Shown: positions 35,638 to 45,338 of the stretch, one piece after another
Numbering within the stretch: the first letter of the stretch is position 1
How the letters are laid out: the number at the start of each line of letters is the position of its first letter
From: Flavobacteriales bacterium
GTDB lineage: Bacteria; Bacteroidota; Bacteroidia; Flavobacteriales_D; Sanyastnellaceae
NCBI GenBank assembly: GCA_041391745.1
Contig: JAWKNK010000002.1
Location: 203,576 to 267,575 of the forward strand
Length of the DNA: 64,000 nucleotides
Direction: 5' to 3'
The notes under the pieces: generated by a model
What the model saw: the letters and a program-made list of their open reading frames with translations, nothing else
Told to the model about the DNA's origin: nothing
The model's database searches: none
Translations under genes and position numbers: made by a program

Positions 35638-37080
35638 TTATTTCGCGTAGTTTGTTTTAATAAAATTATAAAGCATTCTCACGCCAACACCTGTACCGCC
35701 TTTCGTGCGGTATGCGCTTGCAGAATTGCTGTATGCAGGTCCTGCGATATCAATGTGAATCCAAGGATAATTGGTAAAGTGCTGCAAGAATTTACCTGCA
35801 GAAATATGTCCACCGTTTCCCCCACCAAGGTTTTTCAAATCGGCTACATCACTTTTTAATTCATCCGCATATTCTTGCCATAAAGGAAATTGAACTACGC
35901 GTTCCCATACCTTGAAAGAGCTTGAGGTGAGTGAGTCCATTACCTTTTGATCGGCGGTACCCATCGTGCAGCTCGCATATGTTCCGATAGCACGAATTGC
36001 CGCTCCGGTAAGCGTTGCAAGATCGATTACTAATTCTGGATTGTATTTTTTAGCGTAGCATAGTGCATCTGCCAAAATCAATCGGCCTTCAGCATCTGTA
36101 TTCAATACTTCCACTGTTGTGCCATCCATCATGTGAAGGATGTCTTGGGGAACGATTGCATTTTGTCCTGGTCTGTTGTCTGTAGCGGGCACAAGACCTA
36201 CTACGTGCACAGGAAGTTTGTTGGATGCCACTGCGAACATTGCTCCAACCACTGCTGCCGCTCCCGCCATGTCGCACTTCATTTCGTCCATTGAGTTTGG
36301 CGTAGGTTTCAAGCTCAATCCACCTGTATCGAATACAACTCCTTTGCCCACTAATACGACTGGTTTTTTATTCTTTGCACCTTTTGGTTTGTATTCCATT
36401 ACAGTGAAAGTTGGAGGGTCGATACTTCCTTTGTTTACACCAAGAAGTCCGCCCATTCCCATGTCTTCAATTTGCTTTTTATTGTAGACCTTGGTGCTAA
36501 AACCTGCGAGCTTACCTGCTTTCTGCATTTCTTTTGAGAACTGAACTGCAGTAAGGTAGGATAATGGCTCATTGATCAAGTCGCGGCAAAGCATTGTTGC
36601 TTCCACCGTATTATGCAATTCAAGCAATGCTTCATCTTTCAAATTCGCATCTTGAACAAAGATTTTTTCCAAAGAGTTTTTGCGATCTTTCTTGTCTTTG
36701 TAGTACTTCAAGAATTGGTAGTTTCCAAGACTTGCTCCTTCTACGAAAGCCAATGTCGCTTCTGGACAATTGATATCGCTAATGATGTGAAGGCTGTCTG
36801 CTTTTGCAGCGCATGCCATATTCTGAAGCTCCTTTCCAAGTGATCTCCACGACTCCAACACGCGGTCATCGCCGGCTTGCTTCGGGTCGATAATGAAGTA
36901 CTTTTGAGTTTGTCCCAAGTGTTGGAACGTAACAGATGCCGAACCTTTTTTAGCCTCCGCCGCTAGGTACGCCAATTGTTCTTTAGAAAGTCCTTTTGAT
37001 TTAGGAGCTGCTTCTTTAGAGGAAATAACCGCGGTAATTACCGCGGTTGAAGTATTTTTCTTTGATTTTTCAATATTCAT
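35638..37080 (-). CDS. pepA: Leucyl aminopeptidase (M17 family)
   Basis: ...VGKGVVFDTGGLSLKP...NTDAEGRLILADAL... Length is 480 aa. Confidence 0.85.
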   Translation of the reverse strand: MNIEKSKKNTSTAVITAVISSKEAAPKSKGLSKEQLAYLAAEAKKGSASVTFQHLGQTQKYFIIDPKQAGDDRVLESWRSLGKELQNMACAAKADSLHIISDINCPEATLAFVEGASLGNYQFLKYYKDKKDRKNSLEKIFVQDANLKDEALLELHNTVEATMLCRDLINEPLSYLTAVQFSKEMQKAGKLAGFSTKVYNKKQIEDMGMGGLLGVNKGSIDPPTFTVMEYKPKGAKNKKPVVLVGKGVVFDTGGLSLKPTPNSMDEMKCDMAGAAAVVGAMFAVASNKLPVHVVGLVPATDNRPGQNAIVPQDILHMMDGTTVEVLNTDAEGRLILADALCYAKKYNPELVIDLATLTGAAIRAIGTYASCTMGTADQKVMDSLTSSSFKVWERVVQFPLWQEYADELKSDVADLKNLGGGNGGHISAGKFLQHFTNYPWIHIDIAGPAYSNSASAYRTKGGTGVGVRMLYNFIKTNYAK

Positions 37081-37119
37081 AGGAGCAAAGATAGGTAAAG
37101 CCTACCATCTTTTTCTCTC

Positions 37120-39210
37120 CTACTCGAATATCACTTTTTGAGCTTTTCTGAAGCCGTTTTTGCTGAAAACGACCATGTACACACCAGCAGATTGGTGAGG
37201 CAATTCCCAAATGTGATTTCCAGCTGCCAATTGTTCGTCTGCAATTACTGCAATACGCTGACCCAAATTGTTGTACATCTCCACTGTAACGCGCTCACTT
37301 CCTACAGAGTTGTATTTGATTAATGCGTTTTCTTTTGCCGGATTTGGGTAGATATTGAAAGTGAAATTGTTCGGCAATTCACTCACACTTTGAATCACCG
37401 CCGAAACGGTGTCAGAAGCTGTAATGTTGATGTCGTCTAGGAAGAAATTATTTCCACCACGACCAGTAAACTCAAATCGAACTCTAAAGCCTTCTGTCAT
37501 CCAATCAGAGTTGGTAAACATCAATGTTTCAGAACTCCATTGACTATCGGTTGTAGGAGTGAATTGCGCATTTGTAGCGTTCGCAGTAGTCAAGGTGTTG
37601 AAACCTGTGCGAGTTCTTCTTGTATTCCAAGTTTGGCCACAATCACCGCTTACTTGAATGCGTAGTCGGTCTTCCGTTTCTGTCAACTTGTTCGCATAAG
37701 CCCAATGATACGTCATGTAGATGGTATCCATTGCACTCATGTCGTAGGTGGTAGAAAGCAACTCATCGTATTTTTCTCCTGTTGATGCGCTGAAGTTTCT
37801 GAGTTTTAAAGAACGGCTTCCAGTTACAGAAGCACTTGGAGTAATTTCCCAAGTTAAATCACCATCCTGGTTGAAAATAACCCAAGCTTCATTTGGCCAA
37901 GCATCTTCAAAACCTTCTGCGAAAGGAGGTAGAGCTGTTTCATAATCCAAAATAGTAATCAGGTTCTCTACGCTGTATGACAATGATGAAGCACTGTTTG
38001 AAACAGTCATTACAACGGTGTAGTTGCCTGCTGTTTCATAAATGTGTGTTGGGTTTTTATAGATTTCAGGATCTGAACCTTCCATTGAGGTACCATCACC
38101 AAAGTTCCATGACCAAAACGTAACGCCGTGATATGAGCGATCGTGGAATTGGATAGGCAAGCCCACACAAGTGCTGTTTTGATCCACAGTGTATTTAGCT
38201 ACGCACAAAGCGGGATCAAGCACTCCTGTTGCTTCAAGGTTTTCCTGTGTAATCAAAGAACTTCTTTCAGCGATATTACTTGTGATTGCTGCTCTCATGC
38301 GGTCTCTTTGACCTAGTGTGAACATTCTCGAGCAGTAGCTATATTCCATGTAGTTTTGCACATTGTCTAATGATCCGCAAGACTCGCCATCCAAGTCACA
38401 TGCAGTATAACCCACTGTGTTAGGAGTGTCGTCTACGTTATCATCAAAGTCGCAATTGCCAGCATCTCCAGGACTGTTTGTTGGTCCCCAAGTGTGACGA
38501 AGGTTGAGCCAGTGACCACACTCGTGAGTAAGTGTGCGGCTGCGGAAAATAGAGCTTGTTCCAATGCTTCCAGTGTAATCGTGACGAAGCACAATTCCAT
38601 CGCTTCCAACACCCCAAGGTCCATTTACTGAATTCGGGGTAAAAGTGTATCCTGCTGTTCCATCGCCAGCATCGGCACATACCCAAACGTTCATATACAT
38701 ATCGCGTGGCCAAATAGAAAGTGCTTTCATTTGATCACCGCCTTCTGTTGTTAATGTGCTCTGAACACGGTTAATTCCCGAATGACAATTTCCGTCTGGA
38801 TCTAATGATGCTAAGCGAAATTCAATTCCGATATCCGCAGTAATACCTGCAAACTCTGGTATAACTACACTAATGTCTTCGTTCAACATTCTGAAGTCTC
38901 TATTCAAAACATTGATGGCATCGTAAACTTGATCGTCGGAAATATTTTCAGGACCATTGTTGTGAATAATGTGAAACACAACTGGAATGATATAAATTTC
39001 TTGGCTACCACCGCGACCTTCGCTAATAAAATCTTGTGTCCATTGCTCCAAATCTTGAGCTGCGATATCGGCTTGGTGAGAACATCCTGGATGATCTTCG
39101 AAAAGTTTGGCTGTGCGACCAACTTGGCCACAATACAATACATTTTCAGATTGACCAAAAGACAAAACGCTCATCACCGCGAATGCGGCTGCTACAAAAA
39201 TATTCTTCAT
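37120..39210 (-). CDS. Secreted M43 (cytophagalysin/pappalysin-type) zinc metalloprotease with a T9SS C-terminal sorting domain
   Basis: Signal peptide MKNIFVAAAFAVMSVLSFGQ (start set at 39210). HECGHWLNLRHTW zinc motif. C-terminal NIYPNPAKENALIKYNSVGSERVTVEMYNNLGQRI...GVYMVVFSK. Confidence 0.75.
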   Translation of the reverse strand: MKNIFVAAAFAVMSVLSFGQSENVLYCGQVGRTAKLFEDHPGCSHQADIAAQDLEQWTQDFISEGRGGSQEIYIIPVVFHIIHNNGPENISDDQVYDAINVLNRDFRMLNEDISVVIPEFAGITADIGIEFRLASLDPDGNCHSGINRVQSTLTTEGGDQMKALSIWPRDMYMNVWVCADAGDGTAGYTFTPNSVNGPWGVGSDGIVLRHDYTGSIGTSSIFRSRTLTHECGHWLNLRHTWGPTNSPGDAGNCDFDDNVDDTPNTVGYTACDLDGESCGSLDNVQNYMEYSYCSRMFTLGQRDRMRAAITSNIAERSSLITQENLEATGVLDPALCVAKYTVDQNSTCVGLPIQFHDRSYHGVTFWSWNFGDGTSMEGSDPEIYKNPTHIYETAGNYTVVMTVSNSASSLSYSVENLITILDYETALPPFAEGFEDAWPNEAWVIFNQDGDLTWEITPSASVTGSRSLKLRNFSASTGEKYDELLSTTYDMSAMDTIYMTYHWAYANKLTETEDRLRIQVSGDCGQTWNTRRTRTGFNTLTTANATNAQFTPTTDSQWSSETLMFTNSDWMTEGFRVRFEFTGRGGNNFFLDDINITASDTVSAVIQSVSELPNNFTFNIYPNPAKENALIKYNSVGSERVTVEMYNNLGQRIAVIADEQLAAGNHIWELPHQSAGVYMVVFSKNGFRKAQKVIFE

Positions 39211-39311
39211 CACAGGTTTAAAAATTTTAAAACGAGGCGCTAATTTACTCCTCAAAGCGATAGAAATACCTCTACAAACTAATTTACCCTACCCTTTTGG
39301 GATTCCAAGCA

Positions 39312-40823
39312 TTAATTGTAGTTGATGTCCTCTTCGTCATCCGAGAAAAGTTGGTTCATAACGTCCGAAAACTCAATAGATGAATCCATTACACTTTTGC
39401 CAATTAAGCTATATTCAGCTAATCCATGTAAGATAAACTCCATCATTAACAGCTTCTCATTGTCGTCGCTACCTGGGCAATATTTATTGACGATTTCATT
39501 GAGCATGGGTACAGCATAAAGCTTAGCCCCCCATTCTTTTGATGAAATATTTCGTTCCAACTCAACTTGATTCTGACCAAACCACTCAATAATTGGGTCG
39601 TATGGACTTGGTAATCGCTTTCTTTTGAATGTGTCTGGATTCGGAAAAATTTGCGGAAACTTCTTTCTAATGCTTTGACCCAAAAGGCGCATGGCTACGA
39701 ACTGTGGACCTTCTTGCTCGCCTTCATAAACAAGTTCTACTTTGCCCGTTACCGCTGGTATCACTGAAAGCAAATCGTTGATGCGCGCGGTAGTTGTTTT
39801 TTCTCCGTTGATTAAAGCTCGAAGTTCTGCGCCGCTTACCAAGTTTTCGTATGCCGAAATAGTCAACCTTGCCGACACCCCGCTTTTATGATCTACGTAT
39901 TCCGACTCGCGTGCTTCAAAAGCTATCATTTCGATCAACTCCGCAAGAATTGGTGGAATCACTACGCGCTTCTTTTGCTCTTCTGTCACATTTGCTTCTT
40001 GTTGGGTAATAGATTGCGATATTTCAATCGACTTTGGATAGTGCGTTAGAATTTGCGATTGAATGCGGTCTTTCAACGGAGTGATAATGCTACCGCGGTT
40101 GGTATAGTCTTCCGGGTTTGCGGTAAACACAAATTGAATATCCAGTTCGAGTCGCAACTGAAAACCTCTGATTTGGATGTCTCCTTCTTGCAAAATATTG
40201 AACAGTGCAACTTGAATCCTTGGTTGCAAATCGGGCAATTCATTGATCACAAAAATGCATCGATTGCTTCGAGGAACTAACCCAAAGTGAATTACTCGTT
40301 CGTCGCTGTAGTTCAATTTCAAATTGGCTGCCTTAATAGGATCCACATCCCCAATCAAATCAGCTATGGTAACATCCGGTGTTGCCAGTTTTTCTACATA
40401 TCTATTCGATCTATGCAGCCAATCAATTGGAGTTTTGTTGCCCATTTCAGCAATCAAATCTTTCGCAAATCGACTGATTGGATTCAACGGATCATCGTTG
40501 AGTTCGCTTCCTTTTACAATTGGAATGTACTCATCCAAAAGGGTGGTAAGTGCTCGGGCAATTCTCGTTTTTGCTTGTCCACGGAGTCCAAGTAAATTCA
40601 TACTATGACCACTCAAGATGGCACGTTGAATATCTGGAATTACCGTTTCTTCATATCCTAAAATGCCTGGGAAAATTTCTTCGCCACTTTGCAATTTTGA
40701 AATCAAATTTTTTCTCAATTCTTCAGCGATTGATTGAGAGGTGTATTTCGATTTTTTAAGTTCTCCGAGAGTACTTGGTTTGCTCATATTATCTTCTTCT
40801 TTTCCGATTTCTTTCATAGTCAA
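39312..40823 (-). CDS. MoxR/ChlI-like AAA+ ATPase, 503 aa
   Basis: ...AILSGHSMNLLGLRGQAKTRIARAL resembles the MoxR Walker-A region. The sensor/arginine-finger region follows. The 5' end overlaps the vWA gene by 35 nt. An alternative start lies at 40787. Confidence 0.65.
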   Translation of the reverse strand: MTMKEIGKEEDNMSKPSTLGELKKSKYTSQSIAEELRKNLISKLQSGEEIFPGILGYEETVIPDIQRAILSGHSMNLLGLRGQAKTRIARALTTLLDEYIPIVKGSELNDDPLNPISRFAKDLIAEMGNKTPIDWLHRSNRYVEKLATPDVTIADLIGDVDPIKAANLKLNYSDERVIHFGLVPRSNRCIFVINELPDLQPRIQVALFNILQEGDIQIRGFQLRLELDIQFVFTANPEDYTNRGSIITPLKDRIQSQILTHYPKSIEISQSITQQEANVTEEQKKRVVIPPILAELIEMIAFEARESEYVDHKSGVSARLTISAYENLVSGAELRALINGEKTTTARINDLLSVIPAVTGKVELVYEGEQEGPQFVAMRLLGQSIRKKFPQIFPNPDTFKRKRLPSPYDPIIEWFGQNQVELERNISSKEWGAKLYAVPMLNEIVNKYCPGSDDNEKLLMMEFILHGLAEYSLIGKSVMDSSIEFSDVMNQLFSDDEEDINYN

Positions 40824-41892
40824 TTAAAATTCCATCTCCTAGCCCAGAAAGCCCTGTGAATAAAGCTTTGCCATTATTTGCTTCCGTAAAGTCATCTACA
40901 AATTGTTGCAAATAGGGATCGTCTGTTAGCATGAATGTGGTGATAGGAATACTCGCTTTTCTGCACATGCGAGCGAGGTTCAAACATTTGCCTACAATGT
41001 ATGGATCGAGGCCAAATGAATTTTTATAGTACTCACCTCCTTCTTTCAAACAAGAAGGTTTACCATCGGTGATCATAAATATTTGTTTGTTTGAAGACTT
41101 TCTTCTTCTCAGAATATCCATTGCCAATTCCAAGCCCGCCACGGTATTGGTGTGGAATGGCCCCACTTGCAAATAAGGCAAATCTTTGACCTGTATAGGC
41201 CACGCATCATTGCCAAACACCACGATATCTAAAGTGTCCTTTGGGTATCGCTTCATGATCAATTCAGAAAGCGCCATTGCCACTTTCTTGGCAGGAGTGA
41301 TACGATCTTCGCCGTACAGAATCATGGAGTGTGATATATCAATCATCAACACCGTGGAAGCTTGTGATTTGTTTTCCGTTTCATACACTTCCAGGTCAGC
41401 CTCTGTTAAAATAAACTCGTCCGCACCGTTATTGATTTGTGCATTTCGAAGCGATTCACTCATCAAGATTTGCTCCGGCTTATCGCCAAATACAAACGGT
41501 CTTGTCATTTCCGTTGCTTCATCACCTCCACCAGTAAACTTCGTTTTGTGGCCACTTTTGCCCGCCTTTTTCATTTTACCAAAAAGCTGTTCTAAAGCTC
41601 TCTGACGAATGGCTTGCTCTGCCTTTCCGGTAATTTTTATACCACCAACACTCCCTTTTTTAAATTCCTCTTTTATAAAACCTTTACGCAACAACTCTTG
41701 CTCAAAGTCTGTGCGTGAATAATTTTCAGGGAAAATGGGTTGTTGCTTATCAATTTCCTCCATCCAATCTAGGGTGTCTAGCGGGTCACCGTTGGTATAG
41801 TTGAGCAATTCGAGAAATAATGGCAAAAGTCTTTCGAAGGGAGATCTCTTATCTTCCTCTGGAATAAATTCTGAAAAACGAAATCCTATCAT
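40789..41892 (-). CDS. von Willebrand factor A (vWA) domain protein, partner of the AAA ATPase
   Basis: MIDAS motif ...VLMIDISHSMIL...TD... and ...IFMITDGKPS. Length is 367 aa. Confidence 0.7.
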   Translation of the reverse strand: MIGFRFSEFIPEEDKRSPFERLLPLFLELLNYTNGDPLDTLDWMEEIDKQQPIFPENYSRTDFEQELLRKGFIKEEFKKGSVGGIKITGKAEQAIRQRALEQLFGKMKKAGKSGHKTKFTGGGDEATEMTRPFVFGDKPEQILMSESLRNAQINNGADEFILTEADLEVYETENKSQASTVLMIDISHSMILYGEDRITPAKKVAMALSELIMKRYPKDTLDIVVFGNDAWPIQVKDLPYLQVGPFHTNTVAGLELAMDILRRRKSSNKQIFMITDGKPSCLKEGGEYYKNSFGLDPYIVGKCLNLARMCRKASIPITTFMLTDDPYLQQFVDDFTEANNGKALFTGLSGLGDGILIDYERNRKRRR

Positions 41893-41942
41893 GTTGAGCT
41901 GTGAGGCGGTCGAAAGTAATTCAAACCTCGAAGAGAAACTAA

Positions 41943-43481
41943 TTGTTCACGTTTATTCACACATTAAGCTTTCATTATATTAGCCACGTGAACTTATACA
42001 GCAATAAGCAACGTTGGAAAATCTTCTTGTTTACAATAGCGATGGTTATTGTAGGCATTACGCTATGGTACAGCAATCACATTGCCGAGCGCATCAGAGA
42101 AGGTGAAAGGGAAAAAGTAAAACTGTGGAGTGAGGCTATCGAACGACGTGCAGAGCTGGTGTCGTTTACTGAAGAGCTTTTCGACAATCTTCGAGATGAA
42201 GAAAGAAAAAAGGCAAATCTCCTTGCAAAGGCGTATCAAATTTTGAGCGACCCTACCGATCAAAATGATTTGACTTTTGTAACAGATTTCATTTGGGGCA
42301 ATTCGACCATTCCTATTTTAATTTATGATGAAAAGGGAAGGTTGAGCAACTCTGCAAACATTCCCGAAAACAGAGCCAATGACAACGACTATATTGATTC
42401 GCTTTATCAGGTAATGAAAACCAAATACGAGCCTATCAAATTTCCTGAAGTTGGTTTGAAAGTGTATTACAACGACAGTTATATTTTCATGGAGTTGCAG
42501 CACACTATGGATGACTTGATCAATAGTTTTATTTCTGAAACTGTAATCAATTCGGCGAGTGTACCAGTGATTGTAACCGATAGCACTCAAAAGAATATTC
42601 TGCGATTTGGGAATATCGATACACTCGCTTTTTCTACGCACGATTTGCGATTGAATAAAATCGCTTCTATGAAAAATGACAATCCGCCCATCGAGATCAA
42701 TCTTCCTGGTCAGGGTAAGCAATTCATTTTTTATGAAGACTCTGAAGTGCTTAAGCAATTGCAAAATTTCCCGATTTTACAGTTGATTTTAATTGGTGTT
42801 TTCTTGGTGGTAGCCTATCTCATTTTTTCTACTTTCAGAAAAGCAGAACAGAATCAAGTTTGGGTTGGTATGGCGAAAGAAACGGCTCACCAATTGGGAA
42901 CTCCGCTATCATCATTGATGGCTTGGAGTTCACTGCTTGAGGCGCAGGGAGTGGACCAGAGCACGATGGTCGAGTTGAATAAAGACATTGAACGACTGAA
43001 TACAATAACCGATCGTTTTTCTAAAATTGGTAGTGTCCCGGAACTTCAAAACACCGATTTGTATGATGCTGTGAAGGGCGCGTTCGACTATTTAGAAGGA
43101 CGTGTAAGCCGCAGGGTAAGCTTTAGTATCCTCAATGAAACGCCGACGACTATCGCAGCACTTAACCTTCCTTTGTTCGGATGGGTGATTGAAAATCTTG
43201 TAAAAAATGCCGTAGATGCAATGGACGGTGAGGGTTCGCTAACTGCTCGCGTGTTTACAGAAAATGGTTCTCCTATAGTAGAGATTACAGATACAGGTAA
43301 AGGTGTTCCAAAGAATAAATGGAAAACCATATTCCAACCGGGCTATACCACCAAAAAACGCGGATGGGGATTGGGCTTGAGTTTGGTAAAACGTATTATT
43401 GAAAATTACCACAATGGCCGCATTTTCATCAAACATAGTGAAGCCAACGTGGGAACTACTTTTCGCATTGAGTTAACGTAA
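41943..43481 (+). CDS. Sensor histidine kinase (two TM helices, periplasmic domain, HisKA + HATPase_c). No cognate response regulator is in the window.
   Basis: H-box AHQLGTPLSSLMAWSSLLE. N, G1 and G2 boxes ...NLVKNAVDAM...GKGVPKN...GWGLGLSLV. The start is uncertain (41943 to ~41990). Confidence 0.75.
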   Translation: MFTFIHTLSFHYISHVNLYSNKQRWKIFLFTIAMVIVGITLWYSNHIAERIREGEREKVKLWSEAIERRAELVSFTEELFDNLRDEERKKANLLAKAYQILSDPTDQNDLTFVTDFIWGNSTIPILIYDEKGRLSNSANIPENRANDNDYIDSLYQVMKTKYEPIKFPEVGLKVYYNDSYIFMELQHTMDDLINSFISETVINSASVPVIVTDSTQKNILRFGNIDTLAFSTHDLRLNKIASMKNDNPPIEINLPGQGKQFIFYEDSEVLKQLQNFPILQLILIGVFLVVAYLIFSTFRKAEQNQVWVGMAKETAHQLGTPLSSLMAWSSLLEAQGVDQSTMVELNKDIERLNTITDRFSKIGSVPELQNTDLYDAVKGAFDYLEGRVSRRVSFSILNETPTTIAALNLPLFGWVIENLVKNAVDAMDGEGSLTARVFTENGSPIVEITDTGKGVPKNKWKTIFQPGYTTKKRGWGLGLSLVKRIIENYHNGRIFIKHSEANVGTTFRIELT

Positions 43482-43483
43482 AA

Positions 43484-43530
43484 CGACAAGGATTCAAGTA
43501 GACAAGGATTCAATTCTCAATTCTCGAAGG
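43484..43530. repeat. Short member (copy C) of the GGATTCAA / CTCAATTCTCGAA repeat family, between convergent genes
   Basis: GACAAGGATTCAAgtaGACAAGGATTCAATTCTCAATTCTCGAAGG shares its modules with copies A and B. Confidence 0.4.
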
Positions 43531-44035
43531 ATGAATAAGGAATTTGGAATGTCATTATATAATCATTCATGTAATATCCATTGCCGATGTGTACATCGAC
43601 TTCTTCAACTACTTTGAACTGCATTCGATCATAGAAAGTTTTGGCTTTGTTGAATCGATTTACATTAAGTGATAAGGACTTTCCGTTTTGCTTTTTTACC
43701 TCCGAAATAACATTCTCAAGAAGTGATTTTCCCGCTCCTATGCCTTGAATAGTAGGGAGGACGTAAATCTTATGCAGTTTAAATTCGTGAGGTTCAATTT
43801 CAGAATATGAGGCAAAACCAATAGGTGTATTTCCATCATACATCAAAATGAAAACACATCCTTCCTCTTCCATCTGACGCTTCAATGATGCTTCACTATA
43901 CATCATTTCCAACATGTAATTGATTTGTTCTTCGCTTAAAATTTCACGATAGGTTTGCGGCCAAACTTGCAAATTCAATTCTTGAATTAGAGGAATGTCA
44001 GAAGTATTCGCAAATCGGAATTTGAAATTAGCCAT
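43517..44035 (-). CDS. GNAT-family N-acetyltransferase
   Basis: ...IQGIGAGKSLLENVISEV... acetyl-CoA-binding motif. Length is 172 aa. Confidence 0.75.
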   Translation of the reverse strand: MANFKFRFANTSDIPLIQELNLQVWPQTYREILSEEQINYMLEMMYSEASLKRQMEEEGCVFILMYDGNTPIGFASYSEIEPHEFKLHKIYVLPTIQGIGAGKSLLENVISEVKKQNGKSLSLNVNRFNKAKTFYDRMQFKVVEEVDVHIGNGYYMNDYIMTFQIPYSSFEN

Positions 44036-44627
44036 GCATCGTTTCTTTTTTCCCGTACTTTTCCATCAATGACGCTTCGAAATCAAGAAACTCATTCCAT
44101 CGTTTATCCACATCTACACCCGTTCCATATTTGCGGGCATAGCCCAGAAAAGTGGTATAATGTTCGGCCTCAGAAGCCATTAGATCATAGTAAAAACCGC
44201 GTAAGTTTTCGTCTGCAATGTTTTCAGAAAGCAACCGAAAACGTTCGCAACTTCTTGCTTCGATCATCGCTGCAAACAGCATGCGATCTACAAAAATTTG
44301 ATGTTTATTTCCGCCCTGCATTATAAATGAAGCAAGGTCGTGAACGTATGTATCTTTACGTTCACGACCTAATTGCATTCCTCTTTTAATTAGCTCTTGG
44401 TGCACCATTCCGAAGTGTTCCATTTCTTCTTGAGAAATGCGAACCATATCGTCCACCAAGTCGGGATATTCAGGGTATCTCACTATCGTAGAAATAGCAT
44501 TGCTCGCTGCTTTTTGTTCGCAGTAGGCGTGATCCGTAAGGATTTCTTCAATGTTTTTTTCTACAATGTTTACCCATCTAGGGTCAGTAGCCAAGCGCAA
44601 GCCGAGCATTACTTTTTTCTTTTCCAT
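44028..44627 (-). CDS. miaE: tRNA-(ms2io6A)-hydroxylase MiaE (ferritin-like diiron)
   Basis: ...DHAYCEQKAASNAI...EEMEHFGMVHQEL...EARSCERF...SEAEHY. Length is 199 aa. Confidence 0.75.
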   Translation of the reverse strand: MEKKKVMLGLRLATDPRWVNIVEKNIEEILTDHAYCEQKAASNAISTIVRYPEYPDLVDDMVRISQEEMEHFGMVHQELIKRGMQLGRERKDTYVHDLASFIMQGGNKHQIFVDRMLFAAMIEARSCERFRLLSENIADENLRGFYYDLMASEAEHYTTFLGYARKYGTGVDVDKRWNEFLDFEASLMEKYGKKETMHG

Positions 44628-44633
44628 AAAAAA

Positions 44634-45179
44634 TTATAACCAGAAACTAACTCCAAGTCTACCAGCACTCATTACAGTTCCACCAGCGAGTTGAAGATTC
44701 AAAGATAACTTACCTGGCTTTACGTGATAGCGGCCCCCGATTAATCCGGAAATTCCTGCGCCACCCAAGCCAGATCCGCTGTACTCAACGGTACCATATT
44801 TATTATCCACAAGTCTTGTACGCCAAACATAGTATTCCGCTTGAATACCAGCATATAAGTCAAAATCACTTGGGAGGTCAATGAGGTTGTCGAAATAATA
44901 ATTCCCCGCGATTTGCAATCCGAGGATATTATGTCTCCACCCTATTCTCTGGCCTGGTAAGTAATAATACCTTTCTACACGGGATTGATAAGACCCACCT
45001 ACGGATAAGGTAAAATCATTGGCAATTGGAAATTCGAAGTTGGCATAAATCGGCACACCCCATCCAGAAAGTCCTACTCCAGCATTGAGAAATTTCTGAT
45101 CTGGTCCACCTTGAGCTAACAAATTGTTTGAGGAGATCCCTAATACAATTAGGGCGATAAAGAGCACTAACTTTTTCAT
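44634..45179 (-). CDS. Outer-membrane beta-barrel (OmpW/porin-like) protein
   Basis: Signal peptide MKKLVLFIALIVLGISSNNLLAQ (start 45179). Alternating amphipathic beta-strands. C-terminal ...GVSFWL. Confidence 0.6.
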   Translation of the reverse strand: MKKLVLFIALIVLGISSNNLLAQGGPDQKFLNAGVGLSGWGVPIYANFEFPIANDFTLSVGGSYQSRVERYYYLPGQRIGWRHNILGLQIAGNYYFDNLIDLPSDFDLYAGIQAEYYVWRTRLVDNKYGTVEYSGSGLGGAGISGLIGGRYHVKPGKLSLNLQLAGGTVMSAGRLGVSFWL

Positions 45180-45338
45180 AACGTGAGGGTTTTTGAGGTT
45201 GTACAAATGTAACCATAATATAGCCAAAATATTCTGTAAAGCGCATCTAACGCGGTTTTAAAAAAAGTTAATTGACCAATAAGCAACTTTACTTCAGACC
45301 AAATTTTCCTTACTCCAATCATCCCTATCTTTGCTCCA

